A stretch of DNA of 63,702 nt, counting the filler, from Klebsormidium nitens (lineage: Eukaryota; Plantae; Klebsormidiophyceae): NCBI GenBank assembly GCA_000708835.1. It is 5 parts of 5 records of this genome, joined end to end, with 100 filler letters (N's around TTAATTAATTAA, not from the genome) between each part and the next. Parts side by side here need not be neighbours in the genome. Positions count along the whole stretch, not along the records: positions 1 to 31,733 come from DF237753.1; 4 more parts are not named here. One strand, 5' to 3'. Below the pieces are notes generated by a model. It was given only the letters and a program-made list of their open reading frames with translations. It was not told the DNA's origin and did not search any database. How positions within the stretch are numbered: the stretch's first letter is position 1; every line of letters starts with the position of its first letter. Of the stretch, positions 1-12,600 are shown one piece after another. The translations under genes were made by a program, and so were the position numbers.

Positions 1-1423
1 TGTCTTGAGCAGAAAGACAGCAATTTTTCTGAGCTGCGCCATCGCTTGAGAACGCCTGCTTTCATGGTTTCTGCACATGTAAGCTGATCGTGTGTAGTTA
101 TCCTGCCAGCTCTCTGCATATAGCTGGCCAACCATCACATCGCCTCTCTGGAGTGCCTGGTTAACTTTGCGCGCGCATCCAAGGCCTTTTGGGATAGCAT
201 CAGAGACTCGCGCACGCAGCAGGACGTCTTTCATCAGTTCCAAGACCTGCTTCGGCCCGCGTTTCTTGCCGCGATGACTCCTGAACATGCGCACAAAATC
301 AGGTTTTATCTGGCCAGCCTGGCAGTCTCGCTTGCTTTTTCAACAGATAGCCAGACCTGGGCGATCGACGGGGGCCTTCTGAAATTGCTCGCAGCAATCT
401 TCCAACAATCACCTCTTGTCGAATATTCCAAGGGGTCGCAGCGGGGTCATTCCGCGGCGTTCCGGTGCAACCAGGTCTTAAGTCGCTTGTCTACCTTCGA
501 GCCGACGGCGCAAAAGCTACGTGCGCACAACGCGCTCGAAGGGTTCCGGCCCCACAAGCGCAAAATCAACAGCGCGGAACCGGAAGTGCACCCCTGGTCG
601 CAATTTGTGAAGCTATTGAAAAGTGCTCACGTGACGGCAGGACTGGTTTTCGATGACGAGGCGTTCGAAAATTACAAAAAGATGGAAGAGGCTCTGAATG
701 GGAGGTTCTTCGTCCCCATTGTGTGCTCGTGGAAGCAGTGCGCGGCCGGCCGCGAGCCCGTCGTTGAGAAGGGTTTCAGGAAGTGCGGACGCTGCCACGT
801 GGCACGCTATTGCAGGTAAGAGCGATTGCAGAATGTTTGTCATATTGGGCCCCTCTGGGTCCGGTTCGATGCTTGTGGTTTATATCAGCTGAGATCTTCC
901 CTGCATCAAGCTGACCCAGCATTTTGATCTCTCCGCGTTTGCTGCTTCAGTTGCAACGACCTAACAGATACTGATGTTTGATAGGCAGAGTCGCATACCA
1001 ACTGCGCTAATTTTGTTTTTGTCGGATGGATACAAGAATCGTCCTTCTCGAATCCCTCAACCACTCTGTATTGTTTGAAGCCTTGACTGACTGATCGAGA
1101 CTGGATATCACATTTCAGAATCTGTAAAGTGTCGAGGTGTTGTTCGGACACCTCTCCGTTTATCCTAATTTCGAAATACCTCCAAACATCGCTAACCATC
1201 CAAAGAAACCTCGTTGCCGTGGCAAGATCTTCTGCTTCACGCTTACCATTTCCGCGATCTTTTCAAACGAGCTCGACTGTGCTTGCGCCATGATGATCTG
1301 AAAGATCTTTGACGCAAACGGGTGCGTGATACTTTTCCTTACAGCAAGGAGCACCAGAAGCTCCATTGGGCGAACCACAAACTCCATTGTAAGGCGGAAC
1401 CCGCATCGGAAGAGAGCATGTAG
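1..1423 (+). CDS. MYND zinc-finger protein, 3' part of a spliced gene (5' end outside window)
   Basis: The exon ending at 815 encodes CSWKQC...KCGRCHVARYC with donor AG|GTAAG at 816. The terminal exon 1345-1423 (acceptor TTACAG) continues in the correct phase as SKEHQKLHWANHKLHCKAEPASEESM*, completing a MYND finger. Confidence 0.85.
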
Positions 1424-1862
1424 ACGAAGTTTAGGAACATAAGTCTCTCATCATATTGGACACCGTAAGACTTCCGCTCAAAGAAAAGTTTGAGGGCCCC
1501 GCAAGACTCGTGAAAGAATCGTAAATCAGCGGCAGGACTACAATAGGCCACTTGCGCACCGTATAGGAATCGGACGACCCAGGGCAACAGCAGGTGATTC
1601 CCCACATCAATCTCGTGCATCCGGAATGCGCAGCAGTGCGAAACAGCGCGCGCGCGCTTGGCGCTGGTCAAGGCGCTCTACCTTGGGGGGTGCAAAATCA
1701 AACCGACCTCTGATGCTGATGCTGTTGTTCGGTTTTGGAAACATGAGCCGTTCAATTCTTTTGCGACTGTCTCAAAGTTGAGTAAGTTTATTTGATCTTG
1801 GTTCGAACACGCATCCTGTCAGCAGCACGTCATGCTTCCATCATGCTTAGACGAGGGCGTTA

Positions 1863-3030
1863 ATGTTGGCGGACTTCAAGTTCTCGTACAAAGATCTGCA
1901 AACGGTCACCTGGCCAGATCTTGGAGACTGCCGTTTTCGTCCCTGACGCATCAATCCTTCCGTCGCTTGCATCATATTCTTGCAAGCGATTGTCGTTCGA
2001 AACGAACCGGCCGGTGCCTCCGTCATACTTTTTTTTCCAATTCGAGATACTCGAAAATAGCTACAAAGCCTCTGTCATCGCGGGCTATAACCGAGCAGGT
2101 GATGATTGGGTGCAGACCGGACCTTACTTGAACAAGCACTTCGCATTCCAGCTGGATACAATCCAGGTTGGCGCAGCGTTATTAAATTGCTGAAAGATGT
2201 TTGTACACCATATTAATTTGAATTAGCCGGGGGCTCGGATTTCAGGTCCAAGTCGGGGCGATCAAAGTCGCATCCGTATCGAACAGTTTCGAACTGCCTT
2301 TGGACATGCTCGGAGCATGCAACCTTGTTCAATAATGACTCAAAACCGGGTCCAAACCAGGATTCGATATTTGTCTGACTATTCTGAGGGCGGCGCAGCG
2401 GCCACTCTTATCCAGCCGTTTAGTGTTGACCTTGAGAACGTACAAAAGATATGAACGGACCAGCTGAAACTAGTTCTCGTCGCAATATGTGGCAATCAAG
2501 TGGCTCAAAGCGTCTACACATTTGTCTGACCGTTTGCTTTCGAGCTTCGCTCCAATCTTTCGCCTTCACGTCACTTCTTCCTGACAACATACTTTGCAGC
2601 ATGCGCAAAGCAACCGTTGCCTGGCCCTTCCGTCAGAGCTTTTCAGACGACTGCGATTTTTTGCGAGGAACCCGGGCTTGCGGCTTAGATTCGGCTCAGT
2701 GTGCCTCTCTGTCCGGATCCCAATGGTCACGAGTATGTGCTCGGCTATATACGGAACATGATAAGCTATGCAATTTGCAAGGCCTTTAACGTCTTGAAAG
2801 CTGATTTGGAAAGCTGGACCGTCACTTTCGGCCCCCGAATCGGCCTGAATAGTAACCAGCATGCCTTGAGAACGGCCACGGTCGTTGTGCAACATCACGC
2901 ATATGCCAATATGCACATATGCACGTCACTCAGGACGCTGCCTTTGGTTGATTGGAAGGAAAGTACAGATAGAGACGCCTGGAACTCGTTGCCAGTGTTC
3001 ACAACTGGCCCGAGTCTGATCGGATGCACG
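1863..3030 (+). pseudogene. Decayed coding sequence of unknown family
   Basis: Protein-like segments (MLADFKFSYKDLQTVTWPDL / ETAVFVPDAS...FAFQLDTIQ; MRKATVAWPFRQSF...LAA*IRLSVPLCPDPNGHEYVLGY...) need a frameshift near 1920 and read through a TAG near 2686. No family recognised. Confidence 0.35.
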
Positions 3031-3606
3031 CCGCGCCTGTCCCGCTGCTTGCGGGGCCCATGGTTTGCCAGTTGCTGGGCCCAGTTTGCAAGGCGGCCGC
3101 GGCCACTCTCGCCGCGCCGTTTTGCTAGGGGCCCCGCGCGGCCGCCGGGCGCGGTCGGGATGGATCGGCGCGCGCTGTGTACGCGAGCGCATTGCCATGA
3201 GCTGGCGGTTGCCGGCCTTGCCGGACTCGGTAATTTTCGATCGGTCAAAATCTCGGCGTTTCTCGGCGCGTTCTCGAACGTCAGAGTAGGAGGACAAGAA
3301 GTTCTCGGACACATGCTCATCATGTCAGGGCGGCGGTAACGACTTAAAAGGGTACTACCTAATTGCCAACCATCCCGCTCGCATTTGAGAATGGTGCCTG
3401 CAGCCTGCCCACAGGAAAAGCAGCCTGGCAGCTTCGAAGGTCGACTTCAAATTTCAGTCTGATCAGAGAACATCTGGGGTTGAGGGGCGGGCAGCAGTGA
3501 AAACTTCGTGTTCTGCCATGCCCAAGTGTTCTCACAAGGAGAACTGGATCGCATAAGTGGTTCCAAGGGGTGTAATCGTCACAAGGAGCATTGATCGTTT
3601 CCAGGC

Positions 3607-6600
3607 ATGGCGCCAGCTGTGGAAGAAGCGCCCGACCAAAGGCAGCCTCTCCTTCCAGATGATAGGGAGGAGGACAGCGAGCGGGTGGCAATTGCTGTGT
3701 TGTCAAGACCAACTTCGCCGAGTGAGCTGTAGTTCTTTTCAAATTCTTTGCTTCTGAGGTTCACAGACCGCGTGCAGACTTTCAGGGCGTGTGAGGCATC
3801 AAAACTAGGACGCTTATCTGCTTGCATAGTTTTCGATGGATAACTCGCATTGTCCGGAACTGATTAATTAGCCGTACCTTACGGTGCCACCATATGACTG
3901 AATCTTTTGAAATGAATGAGCACATTCTGACATCACCACTTTTGCGCGGTACCCCACTCTTTGGCCCCTTACCCCTGCCTTCCGGTGTCAAGGTGCATGA
4001 ACCGTTGCCCGCGTACTTAGCAATGGCGGGCTGTAACCGCGAATGTCATTCAGCCTTATCAGCACCTTCTCAGCCCTTTGATCATTTCACAAACACTCTA
4101 ATGTTGCAACAGTGTGGCTGAACTGTTGCATATGTATCCTTAAAAGCCTGGCAGAAGGTTTGGTCACCCCAAGCTAACCCAAAATCCAAAACTTGAAACA
4201 TAGGGCTTTGTGGAGCGGATGGCACATGCGGACTGTCCACGCTAGAAAAAGGGCCGTCTGACATTGCGGAAAGGGAGAAGGCGAGGCGCAAGCTGATTTC
4301 AGCAATCGGCCTGTGCTTCATCTTCATGATTGTTGAGGTGATCGGAGGTGAGTGTCGCTGTACGGTTTTGAGGGAGGTGGTGGGTTGTCATCAAGTTTCG
4401 AAGCTGACGTCATCGACTTTTGCTGCTAATGGATCAGTTTGGTGTTGAAATGATATCATACACAACCTAGCCAAAGTGGTGAAGGTCAGGCAGCTGTATT
4501 TTCCCTCGAAAGGAGAGCTTTGCTTCTTGATGAGTGCTGTGTACCATGTAGCTGCTCTGCATCGAAGGGTTTTCGCAGATAACAGGAGGTGTCTGCTTCC
4601 GATACATAAAGCTTGTCATGTGTGATTCACTCGGGCGCCAGTATCTTTTAGATTACAGCTTCTGCTTTGTAAGCTAGGCAATCTGTGTTTGCTTGCTTAT
4701 ACCATGAAAAAAGACCAAGTGCTGCCAGCATAAGCAGTCTACTTGGTCTTTCTTCCATGGCTGCTTCGATTGAATCCATTTTGGTGAAGGTTGTGGAAAG
4801 CGGAGCTGGCGGGTATCAAAGAAAGGGATCCCACTTCTTGCTGGCAGGCCATATCTGGAATACAGCATCATGCGTCCATCATTTGTCTACTGACGCGTAT
4901 TGTGTTGTGCGTTCTGCAGGCTTCCTGTCCAACAGTCTAGCCATCATGACAGATGCCGCTCACCTTTTGTCTGACATCGCCGGTACGTTCGATTCCAAGT
5001 CTGCTTTTAGAATAGAGCCTGCTTGGTTTACTTGGGGATTTGAACTCCAAGACCTTCTGTATAAGTCCACTTTCAATCAAGCCTTCTGCAGGGTAGCAAG
5101 CACTTGCTTTTCTGTGTGGAAAGGCAATGTGTATAGCAACAGCGTCAGCCTGAAACGCACCTTTGGAAATAACGATGAGCCGTGTAAGTCCCCTGGAATT
5201 TGAGCCGGAAGACTTGGAGAACCAGCGAAGGAAGAAGTACTGCCTGCTCTGCCCTGCCTTTGCAGCCGCAACAAACGGTGCATGGTTTTCTAGCGAAGTC
5301 TAAACCGACTTCGGCTGTTGTGTACAGGGTTCGCCATCTCCCTGTTTGCCATCTGGATGGCTGGATGGGAGGCCACGCCCAAGCACAGCTTCGGTTACCA
5401 CCGCATGGAGATTCTGGGAGCCTTCCTCTCCGTCCAGCTTATCTGGTCAATCACCGGAATCATTGTCTATGAGGCGGTTGTTCGGTAAGCTCCCTGCTCG
5501 CTTTAGAACTTTCAGGATCTTGATGAGGAAACGCTTCAGGAAGCTCCTCTACTTGTCACCAAGCCAGCATTCAGGGTCACTCTCAGAAAGCTTACAGGAC
5601 AAGCATGGGAATCATGTCTCGTGAGACACTGTGTCAGGTTTCCGCTGCACCTCTAGCTGTCCTTGTGCCCTGCTGACGTCACACCATTCCCTGCAGCCTG
5701 CTCAACAAGGAGGCGCACGTCGACGGTCGCCTCATGTTCTTCACGGCCGCCTTCGGTGTCTGCGTCAACGTCATCATGATGTCAGTCTTTGAGCATGGCC
5801 ATGCGGGCCATTCGCATGCACACGGGGAAAGCCACGGTCACAGTCACGGAGGGGGGGGTCACGGGCATAGCCACTTAGGGGGGGGGCATGGACACAGTCA
5901 CGGAGGGGGGGCCCACGGGCATAGTCATGGAGGGGGGGGGCACGAGCACAGCCACCGGGGAGGGGGTGACGGACACAGCCATGGCGATGCCGGCGGTAGA
6001 GAGAACCAGAAAGAAAAGGGGCGGGAAAAGAAGCATGGGGAAGCTATTCACGGGCCGATCAGGAAAGGGGGGGAGTCAGTGGTGGTCACGATTGAGAAGG
6101 GGATTCGCGTGGCGGGGGGGAAGAAAGTCGGGAGCGGTGCGCACGAGCACGGTGAGAAGGGGCACAGACACGACGAGCTATCCCACGAAGAGCACGCTCA
6201 CATCGAGGGGGGTGCTAAGAGGATCGGCCATGCGAATGGGGCGCAGGAAAGCTCGAGCGCGAGTGGTAGGAGGAACGAAGAGGGAACAGGGCCCAGGAAC
6301 AGAGCCGAGAATGAGACCGGAATTGAAAACGGAAACGGACACGGAAGCGGAAGTGAGCTGGAGTACGAGACTCGGCTCCCGATTGAGGAGCTCCTTAACT
6401 TGGAACCCCACCCCTCGGACGGCCGGGGGCTCGTCCGGCGCCTTTCCAGCCACACCAACGTCAAGCCGTCCGAGAACATCAACATCCGCGGGGCGTATTT
6501 ACACGTGCTCGGGGACCTGGTGCAGAGTGTGGGGGTAATGCTCGCGGGACTGGTGATCTGGTTCTTCCCGGAGTGGCAGATCGTGGACCTGGTGTGCACG

Positions 6601-8167
6601 TTGCTGTTCAGCGTGCTCGTGCTCGCGACGACGGTCAACATTCTGCGGGACATCTTGGAGGTACTGCTGGAGTCGACGCCCCGCGCGATCAACGCCGAGG
6701 AGGTGAGCTCCGTCACTCCTGTTGCTAAAAGCTTCTGGAGAAGGTGGCAAATAGTGACCTGATCCCTGTGCTCTGCTGAGGCTGCTGAGTCGATGTTGCG
6801 CGCGATCAATGCTGAGAAGGTGGGTCCTTTATTCAGTGTTCTGATCGTGCGTACGCCCCTCAAAAGTCCACGTTCTGTGGCCTTTCAGAGTTATGCTCCT
6901 TCACAGCTGGACGCCGCTTCGTGCTCTTCGTCGGCTCAGCCTTCCGTGCTCGGTTCTCCATATTTAGCATCCCGCTAAGCACATGAACGGAGTGGCGAGA
7001 AAATGTTCCAGACAAGATTGTCCTTTCCAATGTATTGGCAACCAAAAGAGCGGCTTGAAGTACGGAACAGCTTTCCTAGGACGAAGCAGAAGGCATGCAT
7101 TTTTAAAGCGGAACCTGGATATCCTGTATGGGCGACCTTTGCGCTCTCTTGCGTCCCTTCGTTGCTGGGGCCGCTGGTACAGATTGCTGAAACTAAGGTG
7201 CAGAAACTGCAGAGTTTTCCCGCCAGTTCAAGGAATTCGAACACGCTCGCTATCCAACCTTATTTCATTTCTGTAGGTCGAGGCAGACTTGACGTCCAGA
7301 CTGTGCTTGGTTCGCTCATTCTCAAAGCAGGTTGCTGCTCATGTCATCCTAGATAATCTGAACGCGCAAACGGGCCTTTCAACCGGCGGATCACCCAACT
7401 AGAACTTGCACGACGAGTCAAATCCTTTGCTGAGTATTCTACAGAAACGACCTTTGACTCCTGTCTCGCTCACTCTCTGTGCCAGTTGGAGGAGCGGCTG
7501 ATGCGGGTGCAGTCTGTCGTGGACGTGCACGATCTGCACATTTGGCAGATTACCATGGGCAAGACGCTGCTGGCGTGCCACCTGCGCATCGACGTTGATG
7601 CAGACTCAGAGGACGTAAGTTTTCTTCCGTTGGCTCCACTTTTTGATCAGCACTCTGTGTATAGGTAGCTTCTTAAGTGATAGCACGGCCAGGGAATGCC
7701 TCCGCTCGCGGATGCAATAAGTAGCCCTGTGTTGCAAGAGGCAAGGAGAGAGCTGATGTCCGCACCGTCGCGTCATGGTGAGATGGGTGTTCTTGTAGCA
7801 GACGAGGGAGTTTGGCGAGTTGCCGCAGTCGGGCCAATGTGTTTCTGCGCCTAGTGCACAGACTTTGCAAAGTTGTTCTGGGAAGGCTTATGATTCCCAT
7901 TGCTGCTTTTATATTCACGTCCGAGAGTCCTTGGATTTAAGGGCACTGCAGCAATGTTCTTGCTATCTGCCGAGAAGCTAGTAAAGTGATTTTAGAGGCG
8001 CTGCAAAGTTGCCACTTAGCGAGGCTTCTATGATGCTTCTCGTCATGCTGATCTATCCCCGCTTTGTATCTTCACAGGTTCTCCTAGAAGTTACTGAGCT
8101 TTGTGAGCGGAAGTACGGTATTGAGCACGTCACAATCCAAGTTGAAAAAGCATGGGGCCCTGTTTAG
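3607..8167 (+). CDS. MTP1: Metal tolerance protein 1-like Zn2+/H+ antiporter (CDF/ZnT family), 7 coding exons
   Basis: Phase-consistent exons approx 3607-3721, 4204-4348, 4920-4982, 5328-5484, 5697-6702, 7487-7614, 8078-8167. Motifs: [75 protein letters not shown]. Confidence 0.95.
5791..6000 (+). repeat. Coding HGHSHGGG-type repeat (His-rich loop of MTP1)
   Basis: Translation shows repeated HGHSH(G)n units. Confidence 0.9.
6661..6830 (+). repeat. Duplicated exon end plus 5' splice site inside an MTP1 intron
   Basis: Exon end GAGTCGACGCCCCGCGCGATCAACGCCGAGGAG|GTGAGC recurs ~120 bp later as GAGTCGATGTTGCGCGCGATCAATGCTGAGAAG|GTGGGT. Confidence 0.85.
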
Positions 8168-9620
8168 AGCTAGGCCTCGTAGACTCTTATATAGCATTTA
8201 GTCTGCGGCACCTGTATAGTACTCAGCCGGAAGCAAAAGCTCTAACATTAGAGTTTACATCCGGGCTGATAAGCGAGGGGCTTCTCATTTGCTAGTTGAA
8301 CATTGTTGTTCTTGATACAGTGCAAGCTTCAATCAGAACACCTCACAAGGTTCTTCTAGCCAAGTCTTGCAAGATCGACCGGATGGCCATGCTTGGCGAT
8401 GCGACAGTTGCGAGGATTACAAATTACTTGCGCTTATTAGGTTGAGGCGATCATGCATGGCGCCTTTTGTACATCGCGCGTGGCATTCGCTCTTCCCATG
8501 ATGATTGTTGGCAAAACCATGAGATTGTCTTCTCTGCCGCCACTTACGCACCTCAAAAATGTCCATGCACATGCTCACACATGGCCGGGCTATGACTAGC
8601 CGGCCCTTAGGCATGAGACATGCGTGCAATTTCAACCCTAGGCAACTCCATTGCACTTCATGCTTTTACACGGATCAATGTAGCACACTAATCCACTGGT
8701 GGAGTCCCGGTTTGCTTCAAGGGCTACCAGGCTATCTCTCCGACCGGTTTTGCGAAGCGGCAGATGTCACAGATCTAATTGGCGAGCTGGCATGTAGAAT
8801 ATTACCTATCAAATGGGCAATTTTTTATACTGCATTCCTGGAAGTGTTTGGTTTAGTTTAAAACACATTTAAAAGTACTCTTCATTTTATGTAGCTATAT
8901 ATGGGTACGAGCTGCTTTTCCTCGTTACAGGTTCGATAGTCAGGGTTTGCTAATTGCTTTTCCATGTCATAAGGCCTCTATGCCTCTCGATCCTACATGA
9001 TTAGTTCTCCGAAGGTCGCCCTCCGGGCCAATAGAAGGGGAGCAGAAGCAAGGAACCTTGCCAGCCGGTTGAAGTTTTTAATCTCGAGTAGGTACCTCGA
9101 TGGAGGAACTACTGTAGCGCCGGGGGCTCAGTGGAAACCTGGTAATGGACAAGTGAATTATAAGAGCCATTACCACGCACGGGCGGCCGCCCGCGCCCAG
9201 TGCCGCGCGCATCCGCGCGCGTTTGCAGAAACAGATTCTGCTTCAGTAACTTTCAGTTGGTTCGAAGTGAGCTCAGACAGTGACTCAGACTCAGACTCAG
9301 AGTCAAAGTCTAGCCTGTCGTCTGGCATGGGGCGCCCTTCTTCCCTTCTTTGTAGCTCATGCCGGTTTTTCATGTGAATTTTCCTCAGAATCAATTGGCT
9401 GTGGATAAGATGCTGTGCTTATAGTTGAGCACCTCGAGATGCATTGAGCATCACCAACTTGTGTGAGCATTGAATTCTGAAGAAAGTTGGGCAGAGAGTT
9501 TAGACTTTTGTGATTTATCATATACCATTACTTTGTGTGGGTTTGTAGGAGGTTCCCTGGGTTGCAGAACCACCCTTGCATCAAGGCTAGCGTGCACAAT
9601 TTTCAAAGCAGGCGTCAACT

Positions 9621-12600
9621 ATGGAAGGGATGAGAGGCCCCAGCTACAAGACGCAGCTGTGTGATATGCTGGAGAATTATCTTGGGGTGAGGGCTGTTGA
9701 CGCAATCACTTTGCCTCCGGCAGTCATCCAAGGGTTTTGTCATCTGCTGAAATGCATGCTCAGTTGGTCAACCTGTAGGGGCTTGACCCTTATGTGAGGG
9801 CTCGCAGGATTCTGCTGGTTATAAATAAGTGAGAAACTTTTATAGCTCTCTGGAGATGCAAAAAAAGGTCTTTACTGATGACTCTTTCTTGCGGTGGGGC
9901 TTTTCTGATTGCAAGCCGGTTAAAGATGAAAGTTCTAGACAAAATCGGTTTAGTTTTTTGAAGATAAGTTGCAGAAAAGACCTTGAGCCAGCTGAACGGT
10001 CGACATTGGAGTACTTCCACAGAAATGGTTGCATCTTCAAAGCTGGATAGTCTGGCAAGGTGACTTCAACTGCCAGACTACTGGAGCGTCAGTATGCCAA
10101 AATTATAGCTTACTGGCCCCATAGAAAGGAGCTAACTAGAGCCACCTCAAGTTGGTGTTGAAACGCCATGTATTGAGTAGCTGATTCCATGCAAGAGATG
10201 TAATGGTGTAATCTCTCTTTGACTACCAGAGGTGGTGCGCACTGATGTCCAATTTGGCACTTTGCGACTTATAATTCTGTGCCAGCTTTGAAGTTTTCTT
10301 GCATGCAACCCTTACAAGGATCCTGAGGATTGCTGCAGAGATTCCATTCCTTGAAGCCCCAGTTCTTCCTGTGGCGCCCTGAGTATGTCTTCAACCCCCT
10401 CTTCAAAAGAAAGGGCGTCGACTTCATGAATTGACCTTTCTCATGAAGCTTCTTTCCTGTGTGCAGGCTGAAGCAGTGGAACCCATACGAGGGGATACAA
10501 GTATTCGAAAGTAAGTGCTGGACTCCCATGGCTTTTGGCTCCTTTGAAAAACTTACTTTAAGAAGACCGCAAGGGCCTTGATGATATGGGCAGACAATTC
10601 CATGCTGAAATTGAATTGAGGCTTTCTGCTTTGCACCGACTCTATCAACAAACTCAAGTGTTATGGATAACCCATTCACTTTTGTAGAGTCAAGAATAAT
10701 ATTGGAGAAAGTTTCACGGAAAAGTTAGGAGTTGATGTGAGATTTTTCGATGGCGCCGCGAGGCTTAGAGGTTCAGGAGTTGTTAACTTGAAGCTTGTAA
10801 CAGGAAGCTATCACATGCTTTTAGGATGCCATCAGTTCTTCCTGAAGGGGTCAAGATTGGAGGACGGGAGTAAACGCCTCATGCCCAATTGCCTTACATT
10901 TGGGGCCTATGAGTCGAAAGAGCTCAGAATTGCTCTTGTTTAGTACAATGCATACCACCACCTTTTTGCTCCCACATGCGAGAACCTGTGTTCCGACTGT
11001 TCCGACATCAAGTGGTCATCTGTTGAGGGTCTAAGAATCAGTTTGATTCTCAACATCTTAGGAATTTTCTGAGCTCTTGCAGTGGAAAGAAGAGGCGGAT
11101 TTCTGCCGGCCCCCGGCCGCAGCCGATGGTGGCCGATCCGAAACTGCAGAACGCCTCGAAGGCTCTGCAAGACAATCCAGATGTAAGTTCGACGAGATCT
11201 GAAAACGTCACTTTTATGACCGGGGTTTTCCCCCGGTTAAAGCTGCCGAAGAGGGCACAACGTGTCTAGGAAAGTCGTGGGATTGACAAGTAAAGCGGAA
11301 CGTCGTTAAGGAAGATGTAGGGTTATCAAAGCTGGCCTTGACTCTAATCTGGTCACAAAGCGGGACTCCCACTGGCTTGAAGCCAAGGACGTGAAAGGGC
11401 TGGAAAGCAGTTGAAGCTTGTTGGATGAGATTGGGCGCTCTACTAAGCCTCGACTAGGGCTCCATGGATTTTGCGGGAATACTGCAGTTGATTGATCGTG
11501 CGAGATTCGCCGATTCGATCCTTACTGATTGAAGTATTCAATCCGCAACCATCAAAGAGGAAAGAGGAACGATCAAGGAGATTCGCAACGATGGAGCCTC
11601 GCCTCCTGTGATGCATGATACTACAACCATGAGCGCGTATGTTGTCGACTAGAGTTTCCAGTCGCTTGCTAGTTTATGCCCTCGTCCTCTTTGCAACATC
11701 TCACTGACTTTTAACGCTGACTTCAACGTAAAAGCAAGACCTGTTCTTGCCACCCTTTTCTTCTGCAGCCGGTCGCCGAGAAATGCAGCGAGACAGAGGC
11801 CGCCTTCGCTTCTCTCCTCATCCGGGGGTGTGGCCACGGCCCCCAGACGGACTTCCTCTACACGCTCCTACCCCCCCTCCACAAATCTGCGCTGTTGGAC
11901 TGGACCCCCCTCCTGGAGTACCTGCTCGCGGCATATCCCTCGACAACACCAAAAAATGGCAAAGCTCAGGACGACAGCAAACCAGCGGGGGCAGCGTCAA
12001 AGCCGGGGACGCCGGCGGCGTCACCAAAGTCGCCGAAGGGGTCAGAAGAGTCGCTCGAAAGGGGCCCCCCGGAGCGGCTGACGGGGGGGTTCATGGCGCA
12101 GATGCGGGTGAGGGCTCTCGGAAAGCTCAAGTGTCAAGCGTCAAGTGTAGGAAGCTTTGCCCATAGTCGGGTGATTGGTGGCAGAAAGGTTTGCCACCGC
12201 CCGGGTGATAGGTCAGAGAAGGGTTTTGTTAGAGTTCTGGATGCTCTCGTCATGGTGTCGTGGCGGAGGGGCCGTTCTCACATGCGTTGAATGGCCGTTA
12301 CAGCGTCCAGCCTCCACGTACCAAGCCTTACAGAAATTTACCTCCCGTTTGGACTGCAATTGTCCACGCCATCTCGTCGGTTGCAGATTGTTTGACGTCA
12401 TCTTCAGTCTGTTCTTGCAAATATACTCGCTTTGGACTTTGTTTTTACTTTCAGGGTATCGAGACTGTTGCCATGCAACCCGCTTCCAACTAGATTCCAA
12501 GTAAAACACTGGCTGCATCGAGTAGTTCTGCATAGTGCCTGCTCTTCACAGAAACGGAGGTCGGCTGGAGCCTTCTTAGTCGCTCTTGAGAACAACCTAC

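Noticed and set aside
906-1671. Three overlapping minus-strand ORFs that could be a frameshifted gene
   Set aside because: They lie antisense to the MYND gene's intron and last exon (1345-1423), which explains part of the signal; no motif recognised.
9170-9394. Minus-strand ORF with an SESESE run; (GACTCA)n repeat
   Set aside because: Short, driven by a microsatellite, and lies in the probable MED23 promoter or 5' UTR.
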